A stretch of 63,385 bases of DNA, the filler included, from Octopus bimaculoides (Eukaryota): NCBI RefSeq assembly GCF_001194135.2. It is 6 parts of 5 records of this genome, joined end to end, with 100 filler letters (N's around TTAATTAATTAA, not from the genome) between each part and the next. Parts side by side here need not be neighbours in the genome. Positions count along the whole stretch, not along the records: positions 1 to 10,616 come from NC_068997.1; positions 10,717 to 21,772 come from NC_069002.1; 4 more parts are not named here. One strand, given 5' to 3'. Below, one piece after another: positions 1-13,710 of the stretch. Below the pieces are notes generated by a model that searched no databases, was not told the DNA's origin, and saw nothing but the letters and a program-made list of their open reading frames with translations. Numbering within the stretch: position 1 is the first letter of the stretch; every line of letters starts with the position of its first letter. The position numbers were made by a program, and so were the translations under genes.

Positions 1-49
<49 letters not shown>

Positions 50-70
50 ACGTTTACACACACTTATGCT

Positions 71-109
<39 letters not shown>

Positions 110-195
110 TTTAATAGGTGTGCCGTAAACCGGTCAAAGCCGGTCACAATTGAGCTGTCTACGATATGTATGTATTTTTGTTTATATCTATCTAC

Positions 196-240
<45 letters not shown>

Positions 241-540
241 NNNNNNNNNNTATCTATCTATTCGTGTATAGTTACATTATTTATTTATGTATATATATAT
301 ATATATATATATATTTATTTATTTATTCATACACAAATACATACATACGTGCATGCTTATAGATATATGTATGAGCGTGTGTTTGTATGTTTGTATTTAT
401 GTTTATGTGTGTAAGTATATATGCATATATAAGTACCTTTGTGCATACGTGAGTATGTGTGTGTCTGTGCATATGTGAGTATGTGTCTGTATGCCTGTAT
501 GTGTTTATATATGTGTGCTTATGTGTGTGCGTGTGTCTGC
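1..540. repeat. Compound microsatellite tract (CA, TA, TG, TATC)
   Basis: Direct reading: (CA)n 1-48, (TATC)n about 185-260, degenerate TG/TA runs. Confidence 0.95.
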
Positions 541-714
541 GCGAGTCAAAGTACGATAGTTATAGAATAATCTGAATGAAGCTTTTGGATATGAAGAATT
601 TTCAAACTGATGAATTAGATGGACGCCAAAAAAGCAAAAGAAAGATTTTCGATGTATTATCAGATAAAGTATTTAAAATAGTTATAATTCCTCATAATTT
701 CTATTTAAGCTCTA

Positions 715-1050
715 TGGAGAGGCAGGACGACGCTGGACCGACGGACCAGTTAAACTGCTCGGGGTCTGATTTGGTCCCCGCCTGCAGGTTGATAAAAACT
801 GGGAAGAGGTGGCGAACAGGGTAGACAGTCTTACCCAGAAATAGGCTGAGAGGAAGCTGTCCCTGAAAGGTCAGGCAGAAGTGGTGAATGCTTACATCAC
901 CTCCGTTATCATTTATCGCCTGACCGTCGTGCCTTGTTCCGGTTACTGCTTGATCAGCTTGGATCGTCTCTTATTCAAATTCTTGTGGAAGAGACGCGTT
1001 CCAATTGTCCAGCATGGTCTGAGTGGCGGATTAGGTATGTCCCGCTCATA
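715..1050 (+). mobile_element. Decayed L1/Tx1-clade non-LTR retrotransposon fragment (region just C-terminal to RT)
   Basis: Manual translation GPVKLLGV*FGPRLQVDKNWEEVANRVDSLTQK*AERKLSLKGQAEVVNAYITSVIIYRLTVVP...LFKFLW...GGLG matches the L1/Tx1 pattern; two Trp-to-stop changes. Confidence 0.75.
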
Positions 1051-3394
1051 GGAGGGCATCTACCTGTCAGTATGTGTGTATATATATAGTTGTAAGGCAT
1101 TAAACATACATTGCAATGAAAATATACCATGAAGGGTGAATATTTTATTACGTATTTTTGGAATTAAGGGCTTTGAAATGCTTAACAGTGTACCATCAAA
1201 TGATATGAATATAAAAAAAAAAAGATGTACTTTCAAATGCGTAGTCTTCGATAATGTATCTTGCAATGTGTACTTTTGTATTAATGTATTCTGGATAAGA
1301 TATGATATTCTGGAATATGTAATAGTATATTCTAGAATAATTTGGTAGCGATAATTTGTTTCTCAAAACATATACTATTTTGAAATAGTGTAACATTTTA
1401 CTTGGAAATTAATGAACTGTACTGTAAAAATAGTGCCTTCTTTATATTATATATTTTTATGCACACACATATACGTTATTTAAAAGTTAATAGTGTTTAC
1501 AGGATTTCTCATAGAACGGAAAGAATGTTCTAAAAGTTTAATTGTAAGAATGATTTTTTTTTTAGTTTTATTACTTTCTTCTTCGGAGATTTCGAAGCAG
1601 TCACTAACAAAGCGACAAGGCTTTTTAAGAGAGTTCCCGGCGTTTGTAAATATCTAGTTGAATTGGTATGTTGGTNNNNNNNNNNNNNNNNNNNNNNNNN
1701 NNNNNNNNNNNNNNNNNNNNNNNNNNNNNNNNNNNNNNNNNNNNNNNNNNNNNNNNNNNNNNNNNNNNNNNNNNNNNNNNNNNNNNNNNNNNNNNNNNNN
1801 NNNNNNNNNNNNNNNNNNNNNNNNNNNNNNNNNNNNNNNNNNNNNNNNNNNNNNNNNNNNNNNNNNNNNNNNNNNNNNNNNNNNNNNNNNNNNNNNNNNN
1901 NNNNNNNNNNNNNNNNNNNNNNNNNNNNNNNNNNNNNNNNNNNNNNNNNNNNNNNNNNNNNNNNNNNNTAGGGGTCAGCCACACTTAAGTGGCAATATAC
2001 TACACTTTATCGTGCAGTTACTGTTAATACTTCATATAGAGAATTAACATTGCTTATATATATATATATATACGTATATATATATATATATATATATGTC
2101 TACCAGATCCACTCACAAGGATTTGGTCGGCCCGAAGCCATAGCAGAAGATACTTGCCCAAAGTGCCACGCAGTGGGACTGAACCCAGGACAATGTGGCT
2201 GGGAAGGAAGCCTCTTACTATACAGATACGCTTGGACTTATTATATATATATGTGTGTGTGTGTCTTTGTCTTTATGTCTCTGTGTGTGTATAAATGTGA
2301 TGTCTGTTTATACACAATCTGATATGCACGTGTGCGTGCGTGTGTATATGTGTGTGTGTGTGTGTAACTCGGAATTTATCTATGTGTATGTGTGTATATG
2401 CGTCTTAGACCATTAGATTATTTTTCGGACAGGAAAGTGCTGTGTTGTGCTATCGGACACGCCTACCCAGAGCACTAAAGAAGCATTAATCGATTGCAAA
2501 GTTTTTCACTACAATACCTTATTATATATCACACATTTAGAGGATTGCATAATGGTGAGATTTCATTTTCTCACAATATTGCATCTGTAGAGGGACGATG
2601 GTGGTTTTGTCTATTTAAGTATAAGGAGACACCAATCCCAACAACGCTGTTCTTAGCAATCCCAAAGTGCAACAACAAACGGCAAGAACAAAAACATTTG
2701 ATAGCAGTAAAAGGAGAACAACAACAGCAACAATAAATACAACACAACAACAAGAATAACAACAGCGATGGTAAGAGGACAAACACGACGATTAAACAAA
2801 GAAGCCACTAGTCAGTCAAAGAACATATACATATATATATATATATATATATANNNNNNNNNNNNNNNNNNNNNNNNNNNNNNNNNNNNNNNNNNNNNNN
2901 NNNNNNNNNNNNNNNNNNNNNNNNNNNNNNNNNNNNNNNNNNNNNNNNNNNNNNNNNNNNNNNNNNNNNNNNNNNNNNNNNNNNNNNNNNNNNNNNNNNN
3001 NNNNNNNNNNNNNNNNNNNNNNNNNNNNNNNNNNNNNNNNNNNNNNNNNNNNNNNNNNNNNNNNNNNNNNNNNNNNNNNNNNNNNNNNNNNNNNNNNNNN
3101 NNNNNNNNNNNNNNNNNNNNNNNNNNNNNNNNNNNNNNNNNNNNNNNNNNNNNNNNNNNNNNNNNNNNNNNNNNNNNNNNNNNNNNNNNNNNNNNNNNNN
3201 NNNNNNNNNNNNNNNNNNNNNNNNNNNNNNNNNNNNNNNNNNNNNNNNNNNNNNNTGTAACTTAAAGCTGCGTTTGAAAATGCCATAAAGAATTTGAGAC
3301 AAGAATAGGAATAATAGATTTAACTAGGAGAAATATATTTATATATATTGCATATTTACGTACATACACAGATACTCACTCACTCACTCACTCA

Positions 3395-3443
<49 letters not shown>

Positions 3444-4434
3444 ACACACGCATACATACAGACAGACATACATATGCAAATATATGAATATACATACATA
3501 TATATATCTTTCTCTCTCTTTCCCTATATTTATATATAAACCAGACTGAAATAATGGTGGTATACATTAACTTACTTACAGCTTACAGCTGTTTCAGATA
3601 TTCAATTGGGTGCATTCATAGGTCAATTCTATAAATCGATCAATTGGTTGACTAAAAATATACAGAACGCTCCTTACAATGATATCAATCGCCAAAGCAA
3701 GAGAAGAAAGGAAAAGATAGAAGATAGCATTTGGTCAGTGTAACATTTATACAAAATCAGATCGCCTTTTGCTTACCATCAACCTTAAGCTATCGTTCAC
3801 TCGTACCACGGGTGAATAGTATAGACATCCAGTAAAGAAATGTTATACTTCACAACCACTTTATGGTCGGTGGCAGGCTTTTGACCTTTACTGTTATATT
3901 TTTAGAAAGTATATTAGGCCAGTGGCAGGTTTTGGGGTTTACTGCTATAATGTGAATTGAGGTGGGGAAGAGTATACAAACCAAAAGGCAACTATGGTAT
4001 TGCTAAACTTACTTGGAAATGGACGCGTGGCTTTCAATCAAATAATGATATGAATAATGTATATATACATATGCATATTTGGGTACAGTATGTCAGCAAC
4101 AGTAAGCAACATGAAATACGAAAACAAATGAGTTCAATACGCAAAGAACGAGAGAAACGAGTGGAAAACAGGACAAGTAACATAAAGAACGACCCTTCAT
4201 CAGTTGTCGGCTGTCTATCTATTCCTCATTTCAAGCACTGGGCGACAATATGAGACTTCGAAGACAGTTGCTCCCTGAAGTACCAAAATAAAATTTTGGA
4301 TTTATGGGGGCTCAAATTTGGGAATAAAAACAGGACAATGGAGACATACAAGGAAACCGAAGCATCGATTGACAAGCGATGATGGGGTGGGGAACAAACG
4401 CAGACACACTATCATATACACATATATATGTATG

Positions 4435-4467
<33 letters not shown>

Positions 4468-5142
4468 NNNNNNNNNNNNNNNNNNNNNNNNNNNNNNNNN
4501 NNNNNNNNNNNNNNNNNNNNNNNNNNNNNNNNNNNNNNNNNNNNNNNNNNNNNNNNNNNNNNNNNNNNNNNNNNNNNNNNNNNNNNNNNNNNNNNNNNNN
4601 NNNNNNNNNNNNNNNNNNNNNNNNNNNNNNNNNNNNNNNNNNNNNNNNNNNNNNNNNNNNNNNNNNNNNNNNNNNNNNNNNNNNNNNNNNNNNNNNNNNN
4701 NNNNNNNNNNNNNNNNNNNNNNNNNNNNNNNNNNNNNNNNNNNNNNNNNNNNNNNNNNNNNNNNNNNNNNNNNNNNNNNNNNNNNNNNNNNNNNNNNNNN
4801 NNNNNNNNNNNNNNNNNNNNNNNNNNNNNNNNNNNNNNNNNNNNNNNNNNNNNTGTGTACGAAGAGATGCATTTCCATTATTAAATAAATATTCTGATTA
4901 CGTTGTTCTTAAGTTTTCAAATCCATCTATGCAGTAATGTGAGCTTATGTCTATATTCCATTCAGTGCGTTTTTGAAATTCATCGATGTTCTCTATGTAT
5001 CTCGCCTTTAATATGCCACGTGTTGATGCCATGTCATTTTCTTGGTGCGTTCATTCGACAGGAATTTCAATCAGTTAATTAACACTCTTAGTAAGGCGTT
5101 TCTCATTTAAGATATGTGATAACTAATTTGTTTCGTCTGGCC

Positions 5143-5182
<40 letters not shown>

Positions 5183-6854
5183 ACTGTTGGCTTAATAGCT
5201 TTCTATTAACTTTATGAACTGTGCTTCCTGCAAAATGAGTGAAGATGTAACTGATTCTACTCGCAAATCTTGGCTCTGTCATTGACAGTTTTCTGAATTG
5301 AATGCAGAAAATGTGGTGTCAATATATTGCACACTGTAAGGCGGCGAGCTGGCAGAATCAGTGGCATGACGGGAAAAAATACTTAGTGGCATTTTGTCCA
5401 TGTTTAATTTCTGAATTCAAATTCTGCCGAGGTCGGGGTCAATAAAATAAGTACCAGTTCAATACTGGTATCAATGTAATAGGCTTACCTAGACCCCGAA
5501 ATTTCTGGGCTCGTGCCAAATTTTCAAATCAATATATTGCATATTATAAGGCGGCGTGCAGGCAGAATCGTTAGCACGCTGGGTGAAATATTTAGTGGCA
5601 GTTCCTCCGTCTTGACGCTCTGGGTTCAAATTCCGCCGAGGTAGACTTTGCCTTTCATCATTTCGGAGTCGATAAATTAGGTACCAGTTGCGTACTGGGG
5701 TCGATCTATCTTTTATCATCGGTACTTACTTTAACGGTTTTCCTTTGCCGAACCACTTGGATACAGGGTTTTAAACTAACAAATACCCGCTTTTCAAGTG
5801 CGTGCAACACAAATTCACACGTACACACACCCACACACACACACACACACGCACACACGCACACAAAAACATACATACGCACACATACACACACACGTAA
5901 GCACCACACATGCACACACGCATAGCCGCACACGCACTCAAACTAGGTAATTTCTACAGGTTTTCTGATTACCAAATTCTCTCAAGGCATTCGTCGGCGC
6001 GGAGCTATGGCTACAGTAGAACATTAGCCCAAGGTACCACGCAGCGACCTGGACCAGCAGTCACTTAGTTGCACATTATCTTTTCGAATGACGGCAAAAT
6101 TAAACAAGTGAGAGATTTTGATGTTATTTCCAGCAGGCTGAGTGATCTCGTCTGCACCTCCTATCTTCGGTTAAATTTGGTATTAACGTGTTATGCTTCA
6201 GAATGTCTTTGTTTCCTTTTTATTTCGGTATTTCAATTCTATACTTTAAGCTTTATTTTAACTGTTGCTAAAACATAAAATGTTTTTTTCTTTGGGAGAG
6301 GTGGGTAGCAGCTGTAGCCATTTCATTAAATATGTTAGACTGCAGTGTCTACAAGGTAGATTATAGGCTTACTGAACTCACAAGCCTTAATTCTATGTAT
6401 TGGTAGAATCGTTTCACTGAAGAATGTGTATGTTTTTGTATCTTGTTCAGCCATGTGTGAATGCGGTGTGACGATGATGGACAGATGTTCGGGTGAGGGT
6501 GGGCGTGAATCGAGGGATTGTTTGCAATGCGCTTGCGGTATTTAGGTGCAAGAGGTAGAATACATTATGTCTAGAGAGGAGTTAATGTTGATAGTCTGCT
6601 GGTGCATAGGGGCGTGTTGGTGCGGGTTGTTTCGGGTGCAGAGTGTGGTTTTTAAAAAAAAAAATTCATTTATTACTTTTCAAAGTAAGTGTTTACCGTG
6701 GCTTTTGATACGCACGCACGAAGACATATACACATGCACACGTACACGCACGTACACACGCACAAGCCTCACACACAAATACACATGCGCACATAAATGA
6801 GTTTGTGCGTCTGCATACATGCATGCAGACGTGCACACAAATGCGTATGTGTAC

Positions 6855-6892
<38 letters not shown>

Positions 6893-7234
6893 ATATATAT
6901 ATACATATACACATACATGTATTTCTTTTTATGTTCAATTATAATAAAAACGTTTTACATTAATCTGATGAGTTACTCTGTTTTATATATATATATATAN
7001 NNNNNNNNNNNNNNNNNNNNNNNNNNNNNNNNNNNNNNNNNNNNNNNNNNNNNNNNNNNNNNNNNNNNNNNNNNNNNNNNNNNNNNNNNNNNNNNNNNNN
7101 NNNNNNNNNNNNNNNNNNNNNNNNNNNNNNNNNNNNNNNNNNNNTGTGTGTGTGTGTGTGTGTGGATATATATATATATACATACTCTTTTACTCGTTCC
7201 AGCCATGCAGCTGCGGTAGTCCTTCTAATTTCAT

Positions 7235-7745
7235 CAGTCCGACGTATTTCACATCACTTCTCCTGTGTGTGCCTCTGTCCCAGATGTTGGCCCATTAAGT
7301 GTATAAAGGAGTTTGATTCTGCTGCCCTTGTCTGCACCTCATGTCGGGTTGTTGGTACTTCCGATATTATGGAGAGGAGGATGTTTAGTTCCTTTCTGAA
7401 GACATCTACTTTCACCTTATGTAGATTTCTAAATTTTGGGGACAATGCAGTGAAGATCTGTGAGCCTTTAAACCCTAGACCATTGCTGTAGCTGGTCCTG
7501 AATATAGATAGAGTGGATGGTACCTTTCGTACAAAGCAATGGCGTCCAGTTCTGGCATTTGTATAACAATGTCGAAATTAGGTACTAGCGCTTCTAGAGT
7601 TTTCCATATGTAGATTATTGCATATCTCACACGCCTTTGGTCTAGGGAGTAAAGTTACAGATTTCTCAGTACATCCCTGTAGCTCATCCGCTGCACTGTT
7701 CCAATATTTTTAGTGTAGTGGTGGGCGGTGGACTGCTTAAAGCTC
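7235..7745 (-). mobile_element. CR1-like LINE 3' fragment
   Basis: Frameshifted translation LYSLDQRRVRYAIIYIWKTLEALVPNF...FRKELNILLS...RAAESNS, typical of a CR1-group ORF2 C-terminus. Confidence 0.65.
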
Positions 7746-8648
7746 TACTATTAGTTTGGCCTTATGTGGTAACCATAACTGGCAGCAGTTATGTATGTAT
7801 GCATGTAAATATATAATATATACATACATATATACATACATATACATACATACATATATANNNNNNNNNNNNNNNNNNNNNNNNNNNNNNNNNNNNNNNN
7901 NNNNNNNNNNNNNNNNNNNNNNNNNNNNNNNNNNNNNNNNNNNNNNNNNNNNNNNNNNNNNNNNNNNNNNNNNNNNNNNNNNNNNNNNNNNNNNNNNNNN
8001 NNNNNNNNNNNNNNNNNNNNNNNNNNNNNNNNNNNNNNNNNNNNNNNNNNNNNNNNNNNNNNNNNNNNNNNNNNNNNNNNNNNNNNNNNNNNNNNNNNNN
8101 NNNNNNNNNNNNNNNNNNNNNNNNNNNNNNNNNNNNNNNNNNNNNNNNNNNNNNNNNNNNNNNNNNNNNNNNNNNNNNNNNNNNNNNNNNNNNNNNNNNN
8201 NNNNNNNNNNNNNNNNNNNNNNNNNNNNNNNNNNNNNNNNNNNNNNNNNNNNNNNNNNNNNNNNNNNNNNNNNNNNNNNNNNNNNNNNNNNNNNNNNNNN
8301 NNNNNNNNNNNNNNNNNNNNNNNNNNNNNNNNNNNNNNNNNNNNNNNNNNNNNNNNNNNNNNNNNNNNNNNNNNNNNNNNNNNNNNNNNNNNNNNNNNNN
8401 NNNNNNNNNNNNNNNNNNNNNNNNNNNNNNNNNNNNNNNNNNNNNNNNNNNNNNNNNNNNNNNNNNNNNNNNNNNNNNNNNNNNNNNNNNNNNNNNNNNN
8501 NNNNNNNNNNNNNNNNNNNNNNNNNNNNNNNNNNNNNNNNNNNNNNNNNNNNNNNNNNNNNNNNNNNNNNNNNNNNNNNNNNNNNNNNNNNNNNNNNNNN
8601 NNNNNNNNNNNNNNNNNNNNNNNNNNNNNNNNNNNNNNNNNNNNNNNN

Positions 8649-8693
<45 letters not shown>

Positions 8694-9023
8694 TATGACC
8701 AGGAAGAAAAGTAGAGAAAGTGGTAGTTATACACACGCTCACAAATCTGTATAGAAGCATACATATATATATGCAAAATATACGCATGCACACACAAATG
8801 CACACGCAGAGAGAGAGGTGATGAACACGAATGGTCTGCGTATAGTTAAAGTTTCTACTCAATATTGTAGCGAGGCGTCAGACTGTCTAATATGAAACCT
8901 TAACGAAAGTCGATAGCCGGCAGTATTCTTATATCGTCTGCAGATTGTAAATCATTGATGTGAATAAAAAAGACTGTGCACATGCAAATATATGATATAT
9001 ATCTCTGTATATATGTATATACA

Positions 9024-9054
<31 letters not shown>

Positions 9055-9162
9055 GTATGTATATATGTATATATATAATGAAGATGATGAAAGAATTAAA
9101 GAACATATATATATATATATATATATTTATAATAAATACATACGTACAGAGATGTACGTGTA

Positions 9163-9193
<31 letters not shown>

Positions 9194-10582
9194 AGTATAT
9201 ATGTCTGTATGCGTTTATTCAATTATTCTCCACATATGTAGGATTACTTATTTTCTAGTTCAATTAAAAGCATTTTGCATAAAGAAATATCCAAGTAGAG
9301 AACACTGCACAATTGTCCACTCTTCGAGGAAAATATAAGACCACACGATATTGAAATGTATCGGTTATGTCCGAGAAAGTGACAGCTTGTGTAAGCACGT
9401 ATCGTTAATAATACACGCATAATTTTATTCATCTTTCTTTTTCCCTCACTGTCTGTCTGTCTGCCTGCCTGTATATATGTCTGTGTCTCTCTGATTTACG
9501 GGTTCAAAAACAAACCAACACTGGACCAAGTCGAAGATCACTTTTTAAAATAATTAATTGTTCTTGTGTTTGTCCTCCCATTGCCGCTTGAAACTGGTGT
9601 TGACGTGTTTACGTCTCTGTAACGTTGAGGTTCGGCAAAAGAGACCAATAGATTGCTCCTGGAGTCGATGTGTTCGACCGAAAGCAGTTCAAGGTGGTGT
9701 TCCATCATGGTCGCAGTCAATTAATTCAAACATGTAAAATAATAAAGTATAAAAGAAAATATGTATGTGCGTGCGTGTGTGTTTGTGCGTGTGTGTGTGT
9801 GCGCGCGCGCATTAGTTTTCTCGAGACATAACAAATGTTATGTAGAAAACTATCGAAGTTGGCCATCTGGAGAAAGTGATCAATTGATAGTGGGTTCCAA
9901 TTTCTTCAGGACGCACGTGATAAAAGACATTGGCAATACAAGAATGTTTCGGGGGTGGAATTAGTCTATGATTACTGTTCGTTGTAATGACTGCGTTGAA
10001 AAATTAATCGTTCTCTTTAATAATTAGTTTTTCGAAATCTGTTTCCGATAATTCATGTAATGGATGCATCAAATTCGAATCTCATGAGCAGCCTGTAAAT
10101 ACAAAAAGGTGTTGAACTATTGTGTCAAAGTAAATCCTTCAAATTTCACTCACAACTTTAAAAATTTTATATTTATTGGATGTTGCTGACGTCATATGTG
10201 TTCTTAAGATTGCGTGATTTGGGGTGTAAAGCACATATAGATAGAAGTCAATGGTATATATGTATATATATATATATATAGCCTCAACTAAACAAAACAT
10301 GGTACAAGACTTCTGATGGAGGTACAAGACTTCAAGGCTCAAAACGTTTCTTTCATGTTTCAGTTATTTGACTGTGGCCTTGCTGGAGCACTGCCTTAAA
10401 TGGTTTTAGTCGAAGAAATCGATCTACAGGATTTATTCTTTGTAAGACTCGTATTTATTTTATCGGTTCTCTTTGCCGAACTGCAAATAAATATTACGGG
10501 AAATAAACACATCACGATTGGTTGTTAAGCGATAGTGAGGGACAAACAAAGACTTAAATGTACACACACGCACACACACACA

Positions 10583-10616
<34 letters not shown>

Positions 10617-10660
10617 NNNNNNNNNNNNNNNNNNNNNNNNNNNNNNNNNNNNNNNNNNNN

Positions 10661-10672
10661 TTAATTAATTAA
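10661..10672. other. Assembly spacer TTAATTAATTAA inside an N gap (also 21817-21828, 30785-30796, 39462-39473, 61664-61675)
   Basis: Identical 12-mer with stops in all six frames, centred in about 100-nt N runs five times; artificial scaffold join, true gap size unknown. Confidence 0.9.
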
Positions 10673-10716
10673 NNNNNNNNNNNNNNNNNNNNNNNNNNNN
10701 NNNNNNNNNNNNNNNN

Positions 10717-10749
<33 letters not shown>

Positions 10750-11579
10750 GTGTATCTGTCTATCTATATTCATATGTCCTTATTTCAAATTCATTCAAAG
10801 CATTTTACTAGGAGACACTTGGTCAGGTCAAGGTACCATGCAGTGATATTGAACCGAGGACGACACGGTTGGAAAGCAGGCACCTTACCAATGCAGGTAT
10901 GACTTTGTCTATAGTCACGCCTGCACCTATTCTTTTATTCTTTTACTTGTTTCAGTTATTTGACTGCGGCCATGCTGGAGCACCGTCTTGAAGGGTTTTA
11001 ATTGAAGAAATCGACCCCAGGACTTATTCGTTGTAAGCCTAGTACTTATTTTATCAGTGTTTTGCCGAACTACTAAGTTATGGGGACATAAACACACCGA
11101 CATCAGTTGTCAAGCGATGGTGGGGGGACAAACACAGAAACACGAACACACACAGATACACATATATATTTATATATACGACAGACTTCTTTTAGTTTCC
11201 GTCTACCAAATCCACTCAAGGCTTTAGTCAGCCTGAGGCTATACTACAAGACACTTTCCCAAGGTGCCACGCAGCGGGACCGAACCTGGAATCATGTGGT
11301 TGGGAAGTAAGCTTTCGGAAAGGTACGTAGTCCCCTTGACCCATCACAAGGACTCCGAGAGGAAGGGAGAATATGTATCCTCAAACCAGAAATCTGATTC
11401 CGTATCTTTGCAATGGAATGCACCAATCGTACCAAGAGGTGGGTGTTGAACTGAGCGATATAAGTCTACCAGTCAAATATTGACCGTGGCGGAATTTGAA
11501 CTCAGAGCGTAAACAGCCAAAGCAAATACCACAAGGAACCAACATTCTTACAATTCTCTCCAGCATTCTGACAATTCTT

Positions 11580-12030
11580 ATTTCTTTATTGCCCACAAGG
11601 GGCTACACACAGAGGTGACAAACAAGGACAGACAAACGGATTAAGTCGATTACATCGACCCCAGTGCGTAACTGGTACGTAATTTATCGACCCCCGAAAC
11701 GACGAAAAGCAAAGTTGACCTCGGCAGAATTTGAACTCAGAACGTAACGGCAGACGAAATACCACTAAACATTTCGCCCGGCGTGCTAACGTTTCTTATT
11801 TCTTTACTGCCCACAAGGGGCTACACACAGAGGGGACAATCAAGGACAGACTCACAGATTAAGTCGATTATATATTTACCCCAGTGTGAAACTGGTACTT
11901 ATTTAATCGACCCCGAAAGGATGAAAGGCAAAGTCGACCTCGGCGGAACTTGAACTCAGAACGTAACGGCAGACGAAATACCGCTAAGCATTTCGCCCGG
12001 CGTGCTAACCACTCTGCCAGCTCGCTGCCT
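11580..12030 (-). mobile_element. Two tandem copies of tRNA-derived SINE family A
   Basis: Repeated block cccacaaggggctacacacagagg...ggaatttgaactcagaacgtaacggcagacgaaatacc; the same family recurs throughout the window. Confidence 0.8.
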
Positions 12031-12589
12031 TCTTACAATTCTGCCGAGCAAAAGTCTTGGTTTCGTTCTCAAAAGGAAGAAAAAGAAAGTTGACCTCGGT
12101 GGGATTTGAACTCAGACCGCAATAATGAGACAGAACAAATAACACGAAACATTCGGCCCGACAACCTACTGACTTTGTATTTGCATTATTGACTGTCTTA
12201 ATATATTTTTCTTTTGTTGAAACCTCTGATAGCAGACACTGAAATAAAATATCTAGAGCTTTAGCTATTGGATATCAGTATCATATTAGCGAACGAATTT
12301 TTAATTTAATTTAATTTATAACAAGTCTTAAACAATATCTAGACAGTCACGTGACAAGTAGTTTTAAATATACAAAACAACGAAACTCGACTCTCGCTGC
12401 TACGCCAAATGTCACATGATTTGGCAAAGTTGTGCATTAGGAACCAGATGCTTGAGATACGGCAAATCATTAGTGATTATTTCGTAGACATTGGATAAAT
12501 GAATATTATTATTATTATCATTATTATTATTATTATGATTATTATTATTATTATTATTATTGTTATTATTATTATTATTATTATTCAGT

Positions 12590-13090
12590 AGTCTTATTTT
12601 TATCATGTGTTTTCACTGCACTACCGAGCGCAGCTCTGTGTGCCTTGGCTACGTACAGTGGTTTGTTGTGGTGCTCCTACTTTTACTGTATTGAAAGTGT
12701 TTTACGTAGGATATGTGTGGTACCTACTAGTGCTATTTTCTGTATGTTATATATACTTGTAAGACCTGGTGGTTTTGTTTTATATTTGTCTGAATGTCTT
12801 TTTTATAATACCTAATGCGCCTTATATAATAGGAATTGCTTTTGTTTTTAGCCTCTACATTTTCAGATTATTGTACTTTTCCAGAACTTTGTACTTTCAA
12901 AGTTTCACCGTTTCTTTCAGAGAAACATTGTCATCTGTTGGTATGAATACATCGATTAGAAAGCATGTTTTTTCTTAGTGATTTCTGACAACTATATCTG
13001 GCCTATTGGCCTTAATTTCTCTATCTGTGTGTGTTGGCATATCCCAGAGTATGGTTGCTTTCTCGTTTTCTGTGACCTTTTATCGGGTAT
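12590..13090 (-). mobile_element. R4/Dong-clade (RLE-endonuclease) LINE 3' fragment inserted in (TAT)n
   Basis: Decayed translation ...KANRPDIVVRNH*EKTCFLIDVSIPTDDNVSLKE...KY...QKIALVGTTHILRKTLS shows the PD..D..K..KY RLE motif; AAT repeats on both sides. Confidence 0.75.
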
Positions 13091-13091
13091 A

Positions 13092-13097
13092 TTATTA

Positions 13098-13167
<70 letters not shown>

Positions 13168-13168
13168 A

Positions 13169-13229
<61 letters not shown>
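13092..13229. repeat. (TAT)n microsatellite
   Basis: Direct reading. Confidence 0.95.
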
Positions 13230-13230
<1 letters not shown>

Positions 13231-13457
13231 GATATGGCATCGCAAGTTGGAAGAATCGCTAACATTCCAGACTAAATGCTTAGCCCTATATCGTCCGTCT
13301 TTGCGCTCTGAGTTCAAATTCCGTGGAGGTCAACTTTGCCTTTCATCCTTTCGGGGTCGATAAAACAAGTACCAGTTGAACACTGGGATGGAAGTAATCG
13401 ACTTACCCCAACCCGCCGAAATTGCCTCATACTTTGAAATCATTATTATTATTATTA

Positions 13458-13635
13458 TTTTATGTTTGACTTTTGTTTTGCATTTGTACAAGTTGGATCC
13501 AAGTCTCACCCAGAGACCTCAAGAGACAACAAGTTAGAAGTTCATGTAGGTGTTATGCCTAGGGTACCATATATTTGAATTTGTACAGTAGAGAATGTTT
13601 AAGAAACCATAAGAAAATTATGTGTTTGTTTTAAA

Positions 13636-13637
<2 letters not shown>
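13458..13637 (-). mobile_element. Dong/R4-like LINE 3' UTR, same family as 40340-40766 and 58862-59256
   Basis: Near-identical sequence (ggatccaagtctcacccagagacctcaagagacaacaag...); flanked by (TAT)n. Confidence 0.75.

Positions 13638-13710
<73 letters not shown>

Noticed and set aside
1060-1266. ORF containing TLHGIFSLQC, superficially like the VFT start GIFSLH
   Set aside because: Weak acceptor, runs into TA/CA microsatellite, no other VFT motifs.
4190-4265. Hammerhead-like arrangement on the minus strand (GAA...UA-ttgtcg...cgacaa-CUGAUGA); related repeat at about 36810-36895
   Set aside because: The A15.1 position is G, stem II is weak, and the second copy lacks the other half; not supportable.
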